Shown one piece after another: positions 54,106 to 63,658 of a DNA stretch of 64,000 nucleotides. The stretch lies in the NCBI RefSeq assembly GCF_003018115.1, contig NZ_CP027457.1; one strand, 5' to 3'. A program made the position numbers and the translations under genes. The notes beneath the pieces are model-generated. The model saw only the letters and a list, made by a program, of their open reading frames with translations, searched no databases and was not told the DNA's origin. Each line of letters begins with the position of its first letter. Position 1 is the first letter of the stretch. Source of the stretch: Escherichia coli. Lineage in GTDB: Bacteria > Pseudomonadota > Gammaproteobacteria > Enterobacterales > Enterobacteriaceae.

Positions 54106-54397
54106 TGCATGCCTCCTGGAAAATAACTGCATGCCCCAGCTTCTCTGCCAGTGCCAGTTCTGCCTTAGCGCCTGCCGACCGCTGCCAGCCTTTCAGCATG
54201 TAAATCGCATCCACGCAACGTATCATCGCCATGCAGATATCCATGTAGTGCGGCTGTGTCAGCCCGTCCGGAAGCACTGCCGGGTTTAAGACGGTATGCC
54301 CTTCCCGTTTCAGCGCCTCTTCCGCCTTGTGAAACGCCTCACGGTTGAAGTTCTCATATCCCGTCATCGGACCGGCGATATAAACTCTCACCCTCAC
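54098..54397 (-). CDS. DUF4406-like (nucleoside deoxyribosyltransferase-like) protein
   Basis: 99 aa MRVRVYIAGPMTGYENFNREAFHKAEEALKREGHTVLNPA.. Confidence 0.45.
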   Translation of the reverse strand: MRVRVYIAGPMTGYENFNREAFHKAEEALKREGHTVLNPAVLPDGLTQPHYMDICMAMIRCVDAIYMLKGWQRSAGAKAELALAEKLGHAVIFQEACNE

Positions 54398-54648
54398 TCC
54401 TGAACCCTCCTGTCGAAATAGACGTAGTTATTCACTGTGCGCAGCGGCATACCGAATTTTCTGGCTATTTCACGCCGGGACATACCGCACTGATGAAGAT
54501 GCCGCACCAGCTCGATATCGCGCTGCGGATATTTTGCTGACTGGTGAAAATCACCCCGCAGCATCAGGCTTATTCCCTCCTCCCGTGCTTTCGTCCTGAC
54601 AGCCGCCTCACTACGACCAATCAGACTACCGATGCTTTTTACCTTCAT
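54394..54648 (-). CDS. hypothetical HTH-like protein
   Basis: Internal Met of ORF 54394..54744; ..MSRREIARKFGMPLRTVNNYV.. Confidence 0.35.
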   Translation of the reverse strand: MKVKSIGSLIGRSEAAVRTKAREEGISLMLRGDFHQSAKYPQRDIELVRHLHQCGMSRREIARKFGMPLRTVNNYVYFDRRVQE

Positions 54649-54679
54649 CGTTCCCGCACACTGCCGGAGTACCAGGATT

Positions 54680-55129
54680 TCAGCCCTGCACCATCTGCTC
54701 ACGGAACAACTCCTGAAAATTACCCCGGTAAAAAGCCAGCACACGCTGCATTGATTCGCTGTTACAACATTCCTCGCAAATTATGTTATGACGCCTGTCG
54801 TAACGACGTATTTTTCCGTCAGGTAATGCACGGATAAGGCCCGGATCAACCGCTGCCACTTTTGTTATTTTTGTCGGTCTCCCCGGATGTTCACTCCTCC
54901 AGGCCAGCCAGGCTTCCTCTGACGGGAACACACCATGCCGGGCTGTTGGATATAACCCGGCATCCATCTCAGTGATGTACCCACTAATCGTTTCACGTGA
55001 TGCACCAACAATCTCTGCCAGTTCACGAAGAGTCATTCGTCCACTTTGTTGTACGAGTTCAACAATTTGTCCCTTAATTTTTTCCCGCTCTTCCTGTGTA
55101 AATACTTTTGCCATAAGCGCCTCCGGCAA
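54680..55129 (-). CDS. hypothetical HTH-like protein
   Basis: 149-aa ORF; ..RMTLRELAEIVGASRETISGYI.. Confidence 0.35.
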   Translation of the reverse strand: MPEALMAKVFTQEEREKIKGQIVELVQQSGRMTLRELAEIVGASRETISGYITEMDAGLYPTARHGVFPSEEAWLAWRSEHPGRPTKITKVAAVDPGLIRALPDGKIRRYDRRHNIICEECCNSESMQRVLAFYRGNFQELFREQMVQG

Positions 55130-55873
55130 TCACTTTTCCGATGCAACACAGCGGGAAGAATCAGTAATCTGTCGAACAATATCCCGGTGCTTGTTCAGCT
55201 CCCGCAGCGCGGCGCAGACTCGCTCCCACTTCTGGACATGATTTTTCGCCCGACGCAGTTCGCGATTTGCCATATGCAGCGATGGTAAAATCAGGTCATC
55301 CGCCCGCGTTTCGGTAAGCAATGACAACGACTGCTCAATGTCCGCCACAGTTTCTGTTTTAATTTCTTCCTGTATTGCATCCCCCTGTACTGGAACCGCA
55401 ACACCTGCTGGCTGAGGAAAGGCTTTACCATCCGTTTCCGCTGCGGATGCAGCTTCCGGCTCTGCCGGTAAATCAGCGCCAGGTATACAGTAACGAAATT
55501 TACCGCCCTGATTCGCGCGAATCAGACGACCTTTGCTGATTGCCATTGCCAGCGATGAATTCGCCCGGCGGGAGGTAATTCCGAACATCAATGCCAGTTC
55601 ATCCGCCGTTTGTGGGCCATGTAGTTCAATCGCCTCAATCAGCATTTGCGCGGTCACTTTCGGTACCGGTGACACTGGTTCACTTTCACCAGCCTGAGTC
55701 AGCCACCACATCGAACCCTTGTTATCCGCTTCACCACGGCGCTTCAGTTTCCACAGTTCGTTGACCGCATCTTCACGGCTGATTCCAAGGCGGGCCGCCA
55801 CTACCTGTGAAGAGGCTCTTTTCAGTGCTTTCAGTGCGTCAAATACGGTTTCCATTAAAATTTCCTCCGACAA
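55130..55873 (-). CDS. hypothetical protein
   Basis: 247-aa ORF between P-like gene and nin genes. Confidence 0.4.
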   Translation of the reverse strand: MSEEILMETVFDALKALKRASSQVVAARLGISREDAVNELWKLKRRGEADNKGSMWWLTQAGESEPVSPVPKVTAQMLIEAIELHGPQTADELALMFGITSRRANSSLAMAISKGRLIRANQGGKFRYCIPGADLPAEPEAASAAETDGKAFPQPAGVAVPVQGDAIQEEIKTETVADIEQSLSLLTETRADDLILPSLHMANRELRRAKNHVQKWERVCAALRELNKHRDIVRQITDSSRCVASEK

Positions 55874-55888
55874 AATCGTTTCCCAGAT

Positions 55889-56350
55889 TCAAATAAAACC
55901 AGCAGCCTTCCGGCGTTCGTATTCCTGTTTCAGCCGTTCAATTGGCGTTGGCCCTTTCGGGTGTTTCGCCCCTTCCAGTTGTCGTCGCACTGGCGGAACA
56001 CTCATCCCGTTACCAACATGCTTTGCCCATTTCGTCAGTTGCCGTTCCGCAAGTCGTTTTAACTCACCCTGCGTCATCTGGCGCTCAATCCCTCTGGTAC
56101 GCATTTCGAGGCAGATGTGGTACAGCACAGGCTGTGGCCACGGGTATTTATCACTCCCGTCGTATCGCCAGGATTCATTGCGCCAGCGCCGGTACTCTTC
56201 CATCACGGCATCCACCGTAAGACCAAATGGATTTGCCCCACTCTCCGAAATCAGCGCAACAAACTCAGCCAGGTCCGGGGGCCACGTTTCACCCGCCCGG
56301 CAGCGGTCCATGCACTGACGACAGACCTGCCGGATTTGCTGTTCAGTCAT
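55889..56350 (-). CDS. replication protein P-like (helicase loader), start at internal Met
   Basis: 153 aa; C-terminal half resembles lambda P as I recall it; overlaps O-like stop by 8 nt. Confidence 0.55.
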   Translation of the reverse strand: MTEQQIRQVCRQCMDRCRAGETWPPDLAEFVALISESGANPFGLTVDAVMEEYRRWRNESWRYDGSDKYPWPQPVLYHICLEMRTRGIERQMTQGELKRLAERQLTKWAKHVGNGMSVPPVRRQLEGAKHPKGPTPIERLKQEYERRKAAGFI

Positions 56351-57380
56351 CGCACCAATCTGGGCAATCCAGAGCTTCGAAGGTGCGGCCCCGTTCTTCT
56401 GAGTCCAGCGGTTCGAATACACCTCCCCCATAAGCTCCCACAGCTTCCAGGCCGTTTCCGTTGCTGATAAATCCGTTTTCACGTTCCCACTGTTCGCGTG
56501 CTGCCCGGATTTCCTGAACTGCCCGTGATGCCGTGCCACCTGATGCTGCATGGCTTACCCCCTTGCTGACTGGTTTTACCTGTGCCCTGACGTGCTGCAC
56601 GTGACGGGCAAATTTCTGCTCCCACTGAACCTGCGTGAAAACCTTCCCCTCCGCCATCCAGTAATCCCGGAATGCGGCAAGCTCAGCAGGTGTAAATTCC
56701 GGCTCAGGCAGAGCCATACCCCACACTGCTGCCCGTTGTCGAAAATCCGGCGACGGCTGCCAGACAGTAGTCATCGAAAATTTCCCGATCGGTTCGCTCA
56801 GGCCGTCCAGGTATTCAGGTTCGGCTGTCTGCAACGGCGCACCATTCGACTCACTGGTCGGAATACTCTCGCGCGCGTTATGTGTGGGGTTTAATTCTGT
56901 ATCTGTATCTTTATCTGTCGTGACTTGTCGTGACAGATGCGTGACACGTCGTGACTCATCGTGACAATCAGCATTATGTTTCCGCAGCTTTTCCCGCTCC
57001 CGCTGCGCTCTCTTGCGCTCTGCCGGGGATTTTGCCGTTTGCGAAACGTTACCATTGTCCTCTTTCAGCACCTGACGTTTTTCCCATCCGGAAATAAGGT
57101 CACCATCCAGAACCCGCCCCTGCATTGCATGCAAAATTGAATCAATTACGTCTTCCGTCACATCAAGCGCACTTGCTAAATCTTCCGTCGTGACATCAAT
57201 GTGACCACGTAGTGACACGCCGTGACATGTCGTGACATTTCGTGACGCGCTCACCAGAAGGTGGATATACACTGCCATCACTGTTGCGATTGGCTGTCCT
57301 GAGACCCTGGCAATAGTTCGCCACTTGGGGTCATTTGGCATGTCATGCCACAATCTGAGCCAGGCATTAGCCATACTCAC
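56343..57380 (-). CDS. replication initiator O-like protein (ori iterons inside the gene)
   Basis: 345-aa ORF 5' of the P-like gene; two GTGAC iteron clusters within coding sequence. Confidence 0.55.
   Translation of the reverse strand: MSMANAWLRLWHDMPNDPKWRTIARVSGQPIATVMAVYIHLLVSASRNVTTCHGVSLRGHIDVTTEDLASALDVTEDVIDSILHAMQGRVLDGDLISGWEKRQVLKEDNGNVSQTAKSPAERKRAQREREKLRKHNADCHDESRRVTHLSRQVTTDKDTDTELNPTHNARESIPTSESNGAPLQTAEPEYLDGLSEPIGKFSMTTVWQPSPDFRQRAAVWGMALPEPEFTPAELAAFRDYWMAEGKVFTQVQWEQKFARHVQHVRAQVKPVSKGVSHAASGGTASRAVQEIRAAREQWERENGFISNGNGLEAVGAYGGGVFEPLDSEERGRTFEALDCPDWCDD
56913..56965. repeat. putative ori iteron cluster A (5 x cGTGACa at ~10-bp spacing)
   Basis: tcgtgacttgtcgtgacagatgcgtgacacgtcgtgactcatcgtgaca, preceded by atctgt x4. 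Confidence 0.6.
57189..57246. repeat. putative ori iteron cluster B (6 x GTGAC at ~10-bp spacing)
   Basis: gtgacatcaatgtgaccacgtagtgacacgccgtgacatgtcgtgacatttcgtgacg. Confidence 0.6.
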
Positions 57381-57442
57381 CTCTTCTGATACCGAACTTT
57401 ACCCACGAACTTCCGGAAGAAATCCGGTATAAATATTGTTGG

Positions 57443-57868
57443 TCAATGTACAACAACAGCATTACCAGGCTGACCACCACTGTTAGTCAGGGTGCCCCAG
57501 GCGATCGCTACAGCGACAAAATCATCCACATCTTTCACCAGCCGATCCCGTCGTTCGACGATCTCCCGGTAATATTCAGAACTGTGACTGCGCATACGGG
57601 CCACCAGCAAAGGCGGCATCGCCTTTTCGATCGCCGGTAACAGCGCCTGAATTTTTTCAACAGCATCAGGCGTATCCTTCTCCACCCAGCGGAAAATTTT
57701 CTGGGTATTACGGGCCAGGGCTTCCGGATGGCTGTCGTCGTACAGTTCCGGGAACGTCATCCCCAGTTCGAAATAAGTCCGGGCTATTTCAGCTGCGGGA
57801 ACTTTCTCACCGTCCGGATATGCCCAGGCATTCATCGCCATGCGGATGTGTTCATGTTTGATTTTCAT
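57443..57868 (-). CDS. YdaT-like (CII-position) regulatory protein
   Basis: 141 aa MKIKHEHIRMAMNAWAYPDGEK.. immediately 3' of the cro-like gene, as for ydaS-ydaT in Rac. Confidence 0.5.
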   Translation of the reverse strand: MKIKHEHIRMAMNAWAYPDGEKVPAAEIARTYFELGMTFPELYDDSHPEALARNTQKIFRWVEKDTPDAVEKIQALLPAIEKAMPPLLVARMRSHSSEYYREIVERRDRLVKDVDDFVAVAIAWGTLTNSGGQPGNAVVVH

Positions 57869-58092
57869 GAATCATTTTTCCTTTCGTTCGAGGTGTTATC
57901 CTTCTTTTTGTAAAGTTCTGGGTTCAACGATAGTTTTCCCTTGGAGTATGCAACTGCTTCAGCAGCCCTCCCCTTGGGAACTATTTCGCCGGGACGCTTA
58001 CGCCACATGTATATAGCTTCTCGGGTTACCCCATAAAAATCAGCGACTCTTTGGACAGAACCAAAAAACTGGACAAGTTCATCAACTCGCAT
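57865..58092 (-). CDS. cro: Cro-like (YdaS-family) HTH repressor
   Basis: 75 aa MRVDELVQFFGSVQRVADFYGVTREAIYMWRKR.., divergent from the cI-like gene. Confidence 0.7.
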   Translation of the reverse strand: MRVDELVQFFGSVQRVADFYGVTREAIYMWRKRPGEIVPKGRAAEAVAYSKGKLSLNPELYKKKDNTSNERKNDS

Positions 58093-58190
58093 TTCGCCCC
58101 CTTAAAACTAAGTATTTTTAGATTAAAGGGTAATTTTTTTTAGGTCAATACAATCTAAAATAATTTATATTCAATTCGCGGGAGAAAATA
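58093..58190. promoter_or_regulatory. immunity region with divergent promoters and operator half-sites
   Basis: 98-bp AT-rich spacer with inverted tatttttagatt / aatctaaaataat repeats. Confidence 0.6.
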
Positions 58191-58835
58191 ATGGAAAGCC
58201 TTGGCATTAGGCTTAAGAAACTCAGAAAAGACAAAGGGCTGACCCAAGTTGAACTTGGCAAGCTTTCTGGCGTAACTGGGGTAACAATAGGATACTGGGA
58301 GAAAGATCTAAACGAACCAGGTAGCAAAGCTCTTAGTAAATTAGCCCTAGCACTAGGCACTACTGAGTCCTATCTCCTGTATGGAGTATCATCACCTGAA
58401 TCATCCCTTGTGCAGAAAAATCCAGGTACCCAAATCCCATACCTTTCTTGGGGAGAAGCGATTTCTTTCCTAATATTAAAAGGAGAGAAAACTATGGGAA
58501 ATGTCGACAGGATCACCACATTCTTTGATGTCAAGGAGGGAGATTTTGCCGTTTCAATGCCTGATGATACTATGCACAATCCATCAGGGTCCCCAAGCAT
58601 TCCAGTTGGAGCCACAGTGATCATGAGGCCTGGCGAAAAATATAAAAATGGTAGCATCGTCGCTGTAATAGTCCCAGATCCACTCACAAACGAACCATCC
58701 ATGACTATAAAAAAATTAGTTATTGATGGAAAGCTCGTGTACTTAGCCCCCCTTAACCCACGCTATCAATCATCCTTACTTACACCGGAATGTAACATCG
58801 TTGCTGTAGCAAAAGGTGTTCAGTTCAGCCTCTAG
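58191..58835 (+). CDS. cI: CI-like prophage repressor (HTH + LexA-like S24 autopeptidase)
   Basis: 214 aa; HTH LTQVELGKLSGVTGVTIGYWEK; Ser (AVSMPDD) and Lys (TIKKLV) dyad. Confidence 0.85.
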   Translation: MESLGIRLKKLRKDKGLTQVELGKLSGVTGVTIGYWEKDLNEPGSKALSKLALALGTTESYLLYGVSSPESSLVQKNPGTQIPYLSWGEAISFLILKGEKTMGNVDRITTFFDVKEGDFAVSMPDDTMHNPSGSPSIPVGATVIMRPGEKYKNGSIVAVIVPDPLTNEPSMTIKKLVIDGKLVYLAPLNPRYQSSLLTPECNIVAVAKGVQFSL

Positions 58836-58859
58836 CTCCCGCTTTGCCCTGTAATCAGA

Positions 58860-58885
58860 GGTCGGCTTTGCCGGCCTTTTATTTT
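58860..58885 (+). terminator. intrinsic terminator after cI
   Basis: ggtcggc-TTT-gccggcc hairpin followed by TTTTATTTT. Confidence 0.6.
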
Positions 58886-58904
58886 AAAAATATTTATATT
58901 TAAC

Positions 58905-58933
58905 TTGACGACAAAACTAAATATTCTTATATT
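58905..58933 (+). promoter_or_regulatory. sigma70-like promoter (TTGACG-N17-TATATT), candidate pL analogue
   Basis: Near-consensus hexamers with 17-bp spacer, 20 bp after the cI terminator. Confidence 0.5.
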
Positions 58934-59097
58934 CATTGCAACCCACCCCGCTTCACAGAATGCAGGGCAATACCTAGAGTTACCAGGCAGTGGTCAGGGG
59001 TTAAGTAGCCAGCCCGAGGCGTATGAACATGACGGCGGGAACACTTTGTATAACAGCGCAGCAGGTTTTTAGTTCCGCGGCCCGGCGTTAAGGGTAA

Positions 59098-59565
59098 ATG
59101 AGGTCAACATGGATACGCTCAATCTTGGCAACAACGAATCTCTGGTATGCGGTGAGGTTGACGATGGAATTTAAAGATTTACCAGTACCATTCCAGGAAA
59201 TGGCAGCGAATATAGTTCGTTCTCAACTGGCGACTCTTGACCTGAGTACCGTAGAAAAAGAAACCATCGATAATATATCCGGTAACGTGCGTCGAACCTT
59301 TATCGGGCTGTACGAAGAAAAGTGGCCATTCGGCGGACAAAATTCGCCTGAAAACAAGAATCAAGCGAATGATGAGAAGCTGAAACACGTTATCGCCTTA
59401 CTACTGGAAGATGCAAAACGTCTACAGCAACTGGAACCAAATGCAGGCACCGAAGCCCACATCTGGATTGCCATAGAATCACTCAAATGTGAAAGCGATG
59501 ATTATTTAAAAACCATAATTAAAACAACTCAGCTTTCTGAAGAGCTACCGAAGAAATTGCCATAA
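59098..59565 (+). CDS. hypothetical protein, first gene of early-left operon (not N-like)
   Basis: 155 aa (alternative start 59164, MEFKDLPVPFQ..); acidic/helical; no Arg-rich N-terminus. Confidence 0.45.
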   Translation: MRSTWIRSILATTNLWYAVRLTMEFKDLPVPFQEMAANIVRSQLATLDLSTVEKETIDNISGNVRRTFIGLYEEKWPFGGQNSPENKNQANDEKLKHVIALLLEDAKRLQQLEPNAGTEAHIWIAIESLKCESDDYLKTIIKTTQLSEELPKKLP

Positions 59566-60208
59566 TAATATGTTTTTCTTATAGAGGGGTTAGAAATATG
59601 GGCCAGCATTATAGCAGCCCCATATAACAGAAAGTATTTTAAATATTACGCCGTATCTTGTGATTGTTTTTTAATATATTCATACAAGCGCACAAGTTGT
59701 TTCAACTCTTCAAAGCACATCGCGGAATTTTCAATTTTTCCGGCGTTGATTAGTGCCAGAAGAGCCTGATGTGCGCAAGCATATGGATCATTACAGGGCT
59801 AATAATATCAACTTGCATATTATCCTCCATAGAGGTTCCGGGTTAATGATGGAGACCAACACGCTGTCACGTGTGGTCGTGCGCCGGACACGGATAAGAA
59901 TCCGGCACTGACAGTTTGCTGAAAGGATATTTCCCTGAAAAGTCAGGGCATAACACGAAAGCGCACGGCGAAGTTAGTCTCTCTGTACAGGTCGTCGTTA
60001 AATGTAATTCGATCATGCGCTTCCGGTTGTGGCAATCCGCGAAATGGCGCGGCGGTAAGTATGGCTGGGGCTTCCTCCATTGCTCCAGAAAATGCACCGG
60101 GTCGTCAGGTTGACCATACGCTTAAGTGACAGCCCCGCCACAATACCCATGTGTAGTATTTGGTGGCATCAGTTCTACTCCGTGACTGCTCTGCCACCCT
60201 TTTTAAAG

Positions 60209-60369
60209 TGAATTTTGTGATGCGGTGAATGCGGCTATGCGCACGCGGAACAGTTAAAACCGTAAAGTGGTCTTTTACGGGGCGTAACGGGCATCCTTCT
60301 GTATTCCGGCGTTAATTGTTAACTGGTTAACGTCACCTGGAGGCACCAGGCACCGCATCACAAAATTCA
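60209..60369. repeat. pair of 19-bp perfect inverted repeats flanking 123 bp
   Basis: TGAATTTTGTGATGCGGTG at 60209..60227 and its reverse complement at 60351..60369; internal GTTAACtgGTTAAC. Confidence 0.7.
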
Positions 60370-60386
60370 TTGTTGAGGACGCGATA

Positions 60387-60575
60387 ATGGAAACGTTATT
60401 ACCAAACGTTAATACGTCTGAAGGTTGTTTTGATATTGGCGTTCTGCTCAGTAACCGGGAGTTTACGGAAGATGCCATTAAGATGAGAAAATATGAACCT
60501 TATCTTCTCAATGATAATTCCATACTTTCCAGAATTGCCCTTCTTGAACTTGGTATTATCGGAGAACAGCAGTGA
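60387..60575 (+). CDS. hypothetical small protein
   Basis: 62 aa; SD gagga 7 nt upstream, 5 nt after right inverted repeat. Confidence 0.4.
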   Translation: METLLPNVNTSEGCFDIGVLLSNREFTEDAIKMRKYEPYLLNDNSILSRIALLELGIIGEQQ

Positions 60576-60760
60576 CTTCAGCATTTGCACTGGTGATGAC
60601 CGTTTTTCTTATAACGGGTGAGCCACAAAATGTGATTACCGGAATTTATGACAGTAAGTCATCCTGCATTCAGGTAAGGGACGAACAAAAAATCCCCGGT
60701 GAATGCCTCCCGTTAAAAAAAGTATCGCTGAACCTGAATAACGAAATACCGGCTGGATAA
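60572..60760 (+). CDS. hypothetical small protein with N-terminal hydrophobic segment
   Basis: 62 aa, GTG start overlapping previous stop (GTGA); AFALVMTVFLITG. Confidence 0.35.
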   Translation: MTSAFALVMTVFLITGEPQNVITGIYDSKSSCIQVRDEQKIPGECLPLKKVSLNLNNEIPAG

Positions 60761-60855
60761 CCAGCCAGCCATATTAACACCATACCAACGGATTAAAAAT
60801 GCCAGCAATGGCAGGGATTCGTTCACCCTGAAATCTGTAATGAGGTTAAAACAAA

Positions 60856-63327
60856 ATGAGTAAGGTCTTTATTTGCGCTGCTATTCCTGATGAACAGGCC
60901 ATAAAAGAAGATAGCGCTGTTGCGGTGGCCACTGCCATTGAAGCCGGTGATGAGCGTCGCGCACGCGCAAAATTTCATTGGCAATTTCTGGAGCAATTCC
61001 CTGCAGCTCAGGACTGCGCTTATAAATTTATTGTCTGTGAGGATAAACCCGGCATACCCCGCCCTGCCCTCGATTCCTGGGATGCTGAATATATGCAGGA
61101 AAACCGCTGGGATGAGGAGTCTGCTTCCTTTGTCCAGGTTGAGACTGAATCAGATCCGATGAACGTCACTTTTGACAAGCTGGCCCCTGAAGTACAGAAC
61201 GCTGTCATGGTTAAGTTCGACACATGTGAAAACATCACCGTTGATATGGTTATTAGCGCACAGGAATTGTTGCAGGAAGACATGGCAACATTCGACGGAC
61301 ATATCGTTGAAGCGTTGATGAAAATGCCAGAAGTTAACGCCATGTATCCGGAACTTAAGCTGCATGCCATCGGGTGGGTTAAGCATAAATGTAAGCCTGG
61401 TGCCAAATGGCCCGAAATTCAGGCAGAGATGCGCATCTGGAAAAAACGTCGCGAAGGTGAACGCAAGGAAACCGGAAAATACACGTCTGTTGTTGATCTC
61501 GCCCGCGCCAGAACCAATCAACAACACACTGAAAATTCAACAGGAAAAATCAGCCCGGTCATTGCTGCCATTCATCGCGAATACAAGCAGACATGGAAAA
61601 CACTGGATGACGAACTGGCCTACGCTCTCTGGCCTGGTGATGTGGATGCCGGAAACATTGACGGCAGCATCCATCGCTGGGCAAAAAATGAAGTTATCGA
61701 CAACGACCGCGAAGACTGGAAGCGTATCTCGGCATCAATGCGCAAACAGCCTGATGCCCTTCGCTACGACCGCCAGACTATTTTTGGCCTTGTCCGTGAA
61801 CGTCCGATCGACATTCACAAAGACCCTGTGGCACTGAACAAATACATTACTGAATACCTGACTACAAAGGGCGTGTTTGAAGATGAAGGAAGAAATCAGA
61901 GCGCAACTGATACTCTCTCGTCGCCAGTACCAGAAACTGATGCAGTGGAAACGGCAATTCCGGACAACGAAAAAACCGAATGCAAAGTGGAAGTCGAACC
62001 ATCTGTAGAGCGTGAGGGGCCGTTCTATTTCCTCTTCGCAGATAAGGACGGAGAAAAATACGGTCGCGCAAACAAACTTTCTGGTCTGGATAAGGCACTG
62101 GCTGCTGGCGCCACTGAAATCACAAAAGAAGAATATTTTGCCCGAAAAAATGGCACATACACGGGCTTACCGCAAAATGTAGATACCGCTGAAGATTCAG
62201 AACAACCAGAGCCGATAAAAGTTACCGCTGAAGAAGTAAACAAAATTATGCAGGCAGCCAATATCAGCCAGCCTGACGCTGATAAGTTGCTTGCTGCATC
62301 ACGTGGTGAATTTGTTGAAGGGATTAGTGACCCGAATGATCCGAAATGGGTTAAGGGGATCCAGACCCGCGATTCTGTGAACCAGAACCAGCATGAATCG
62401 GAACGGAACTACCAAAAAGCGGAACAAAACAGCCCAAATGCGTTACAAAACGAGCCAGAAACGAAACAGCCTGAACCAGTGGCGCAACAGGAAGTGGAAA
62501 AAGTCTGCACCGCCTGCGGTCAGACCGGCGGCGGCAACTGCCCTGATTGTGGTGCGGTGATGGGCGACGCAACATACCAGGAAACATTCGATGAAGAGTA
62601 TCAGGTTGAAGTTCAGGAAGATGATCCGGAGGAAATGGAAGGCGCTGAACATCCACACAAGGAGAACACTGGCGGCAATCAGCATCACGATAGCGATAAT
62701 GAAACTGGCGAGACGGCAGATCACTCAATTAAGGTGAACGGTCATCAAGAAATCACATCCACCAGCAGGACGTGTGACCATCTAATGATCGACCTTGAAA
62801 CCATGGGAAAAAATCCTGATGCCCCGATCATCTCAATAGGTGCAATATTTTTCGATCCGCAAACCGGAGATATGGGACCGGAATTTAGTAAGACTATCGA
62901 TCTGGAAACTGCTGGCGGGGTCATTGATCGGGACACCATTAAATGGTGGCTTAAGCAATCACGCGAAGCGCAATCTGCCATTATGACCGATGAAATCCCG
63001 TTAGATGATGCACTGTTACAATTGCGGGAATTTATCGACGAAAACTCCGGTGAATTTTTTGTTCAGGTCTGGGGAAATGGAGCCAACTTCGACAACACGA
63101 TTTTGCGCCGTTCATACGAACGGCAGGGGATCCCCTGCCCGTGGCGTTACTACAACGATCGCGATGTACGCACAATCGTTGAGCTGGGGAAAGCCATAGA
63201 CTTCGATGCCAGAACGGCTATTCCATTCGAAGGTGAGCGCCATAATGCACTTGATGACGCCCGTTACCAGGCAAAATACGTTTCAGTTATCTGGCAAAAA
63301 CTGATCCCGAGTCAGGCTGATTTTTAA
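60856..63327 (+). CDS. large early-left protein with C-terminal DnaQ-like (DEDDh) 3'-5' exonuclease domain
   Basis: 823 aa; C-terminal ..MIDLETMGK..WGNGANFDNTIL..HNALDDARYQ..; acidic linker; Zn-ribbon CTACGQTGGGNCPDCG. Confidence 0.6.
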   Translation: MSKVFICAAIPDEQAIKEDSAVAVATAIEAGDERRARAKFHWQFLEQFPAAQDCAYKFIVCEDKPGIPRPALDSWDAEYMQENRWDEESASFVQVETESDPMNVTFDKLAPEVQNAVMVKFDTCENITVDMVISAQELLQEDMATFDGHIVEALMKMPEVNAMYPELKLHAIGWVKHKCKPGAKWPEIQAEMRIWKKRREGERKETGKYTSVVDLARARTNQQHTENSTGKISPVIAAIHREYKQTWKTLDDELAYALWPGDVDAGNIDGSIHRWAKNEVIDNDREDWKRISASMRKQPDALRYDRQTIFGLVRERPIDIHKDPVALNKYITEYLTTKGVFEDEGRNQSATDTLSSPVPETDAVETAIPDNEKTECKVEVEPSVEREGPFYFLFADKDGEKYGRANKLSGLDKALAAGATEITKEEYFARKNGTYTGLPQNVDTAEDSEQPEPIKVTAEEVNKIMQAANISQPDADKLLAASRGEFVEGISDPNDPKWVKGIQTRDSVNQNQHESERNYQKAEQNSPNALQNEPETKQPEPVAQQEVEKVCTACGQTGGGNCPDCGAVMGDATYQETFDEEYQVEVQEDDPEEMEGAEHPHKENTGGNQHHDSDNETGETADHSIKVNGHQEITSTSRTCDHLMIDLETMGKNPDAPIISIGAIFFDPQTGDMGPEFSKTIDLETAGGVIDRDTIKWWLKQSREAQSAIMTDEIPLDDALLQLREFIDENSGEFFVQVWGNGANFDNTILRRSYERQGIPCPWRYYNDRDVRTIVELGKAIDFDARTAIPFEGERHNALDDARYQAKYVSVIWQKLIPSQADF

Positions 63328-63379
63328 TGTTCAACCGTCGCCAGTTGTCGTTGATATTCTGCAACTGGCGCGTTCCGGA

Positions 63380-63658
63380 GTGATAGCCATGAGCGAACAG
63401 TACCTGATAACGCTCGACGAGTGGAAACCAAAACGGTTCAGTCTCCCAATAACAAACACTACCCTGGTGAAATACGGAAAACTAGGATACATCGTTCCAA
63501 GACCACAAAAAATTCGTGGGCGTTGGCTGATAGATCGCCGAGCAGTATTTGTTGGGCCTGGTGAAACGGGAATTGCGCCGGAAATTCATACTGGCGATGA
63601 TGATGCACTGAAGGAGATTTTAACTCATGTCACCGAGGCCACGAAAAAACAGCACTGA
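63380..63658 (+). CDS. xis: putative excisionase-like protein
   Basis: 92-aa ORF immediately 5' of and overlapping int; position only. Confidence 0.45.
   Translation: MIAMSEQYLITLDEWKPKRFSLPITNTTLVKYGKLGYIVPRPQKIRGRWLIDRRAVFVGPGETGIAPEIHTGDDDALKEILTHVTEATKKQH

Noticed and set aside
59867-60478. Minus-strand ORFs of 76 and 67 aa in the early-left noncoding stretch
   Set aside because: No SD, oriented against the operon, odd composition; the region is better described by the inverted-repeat structure.
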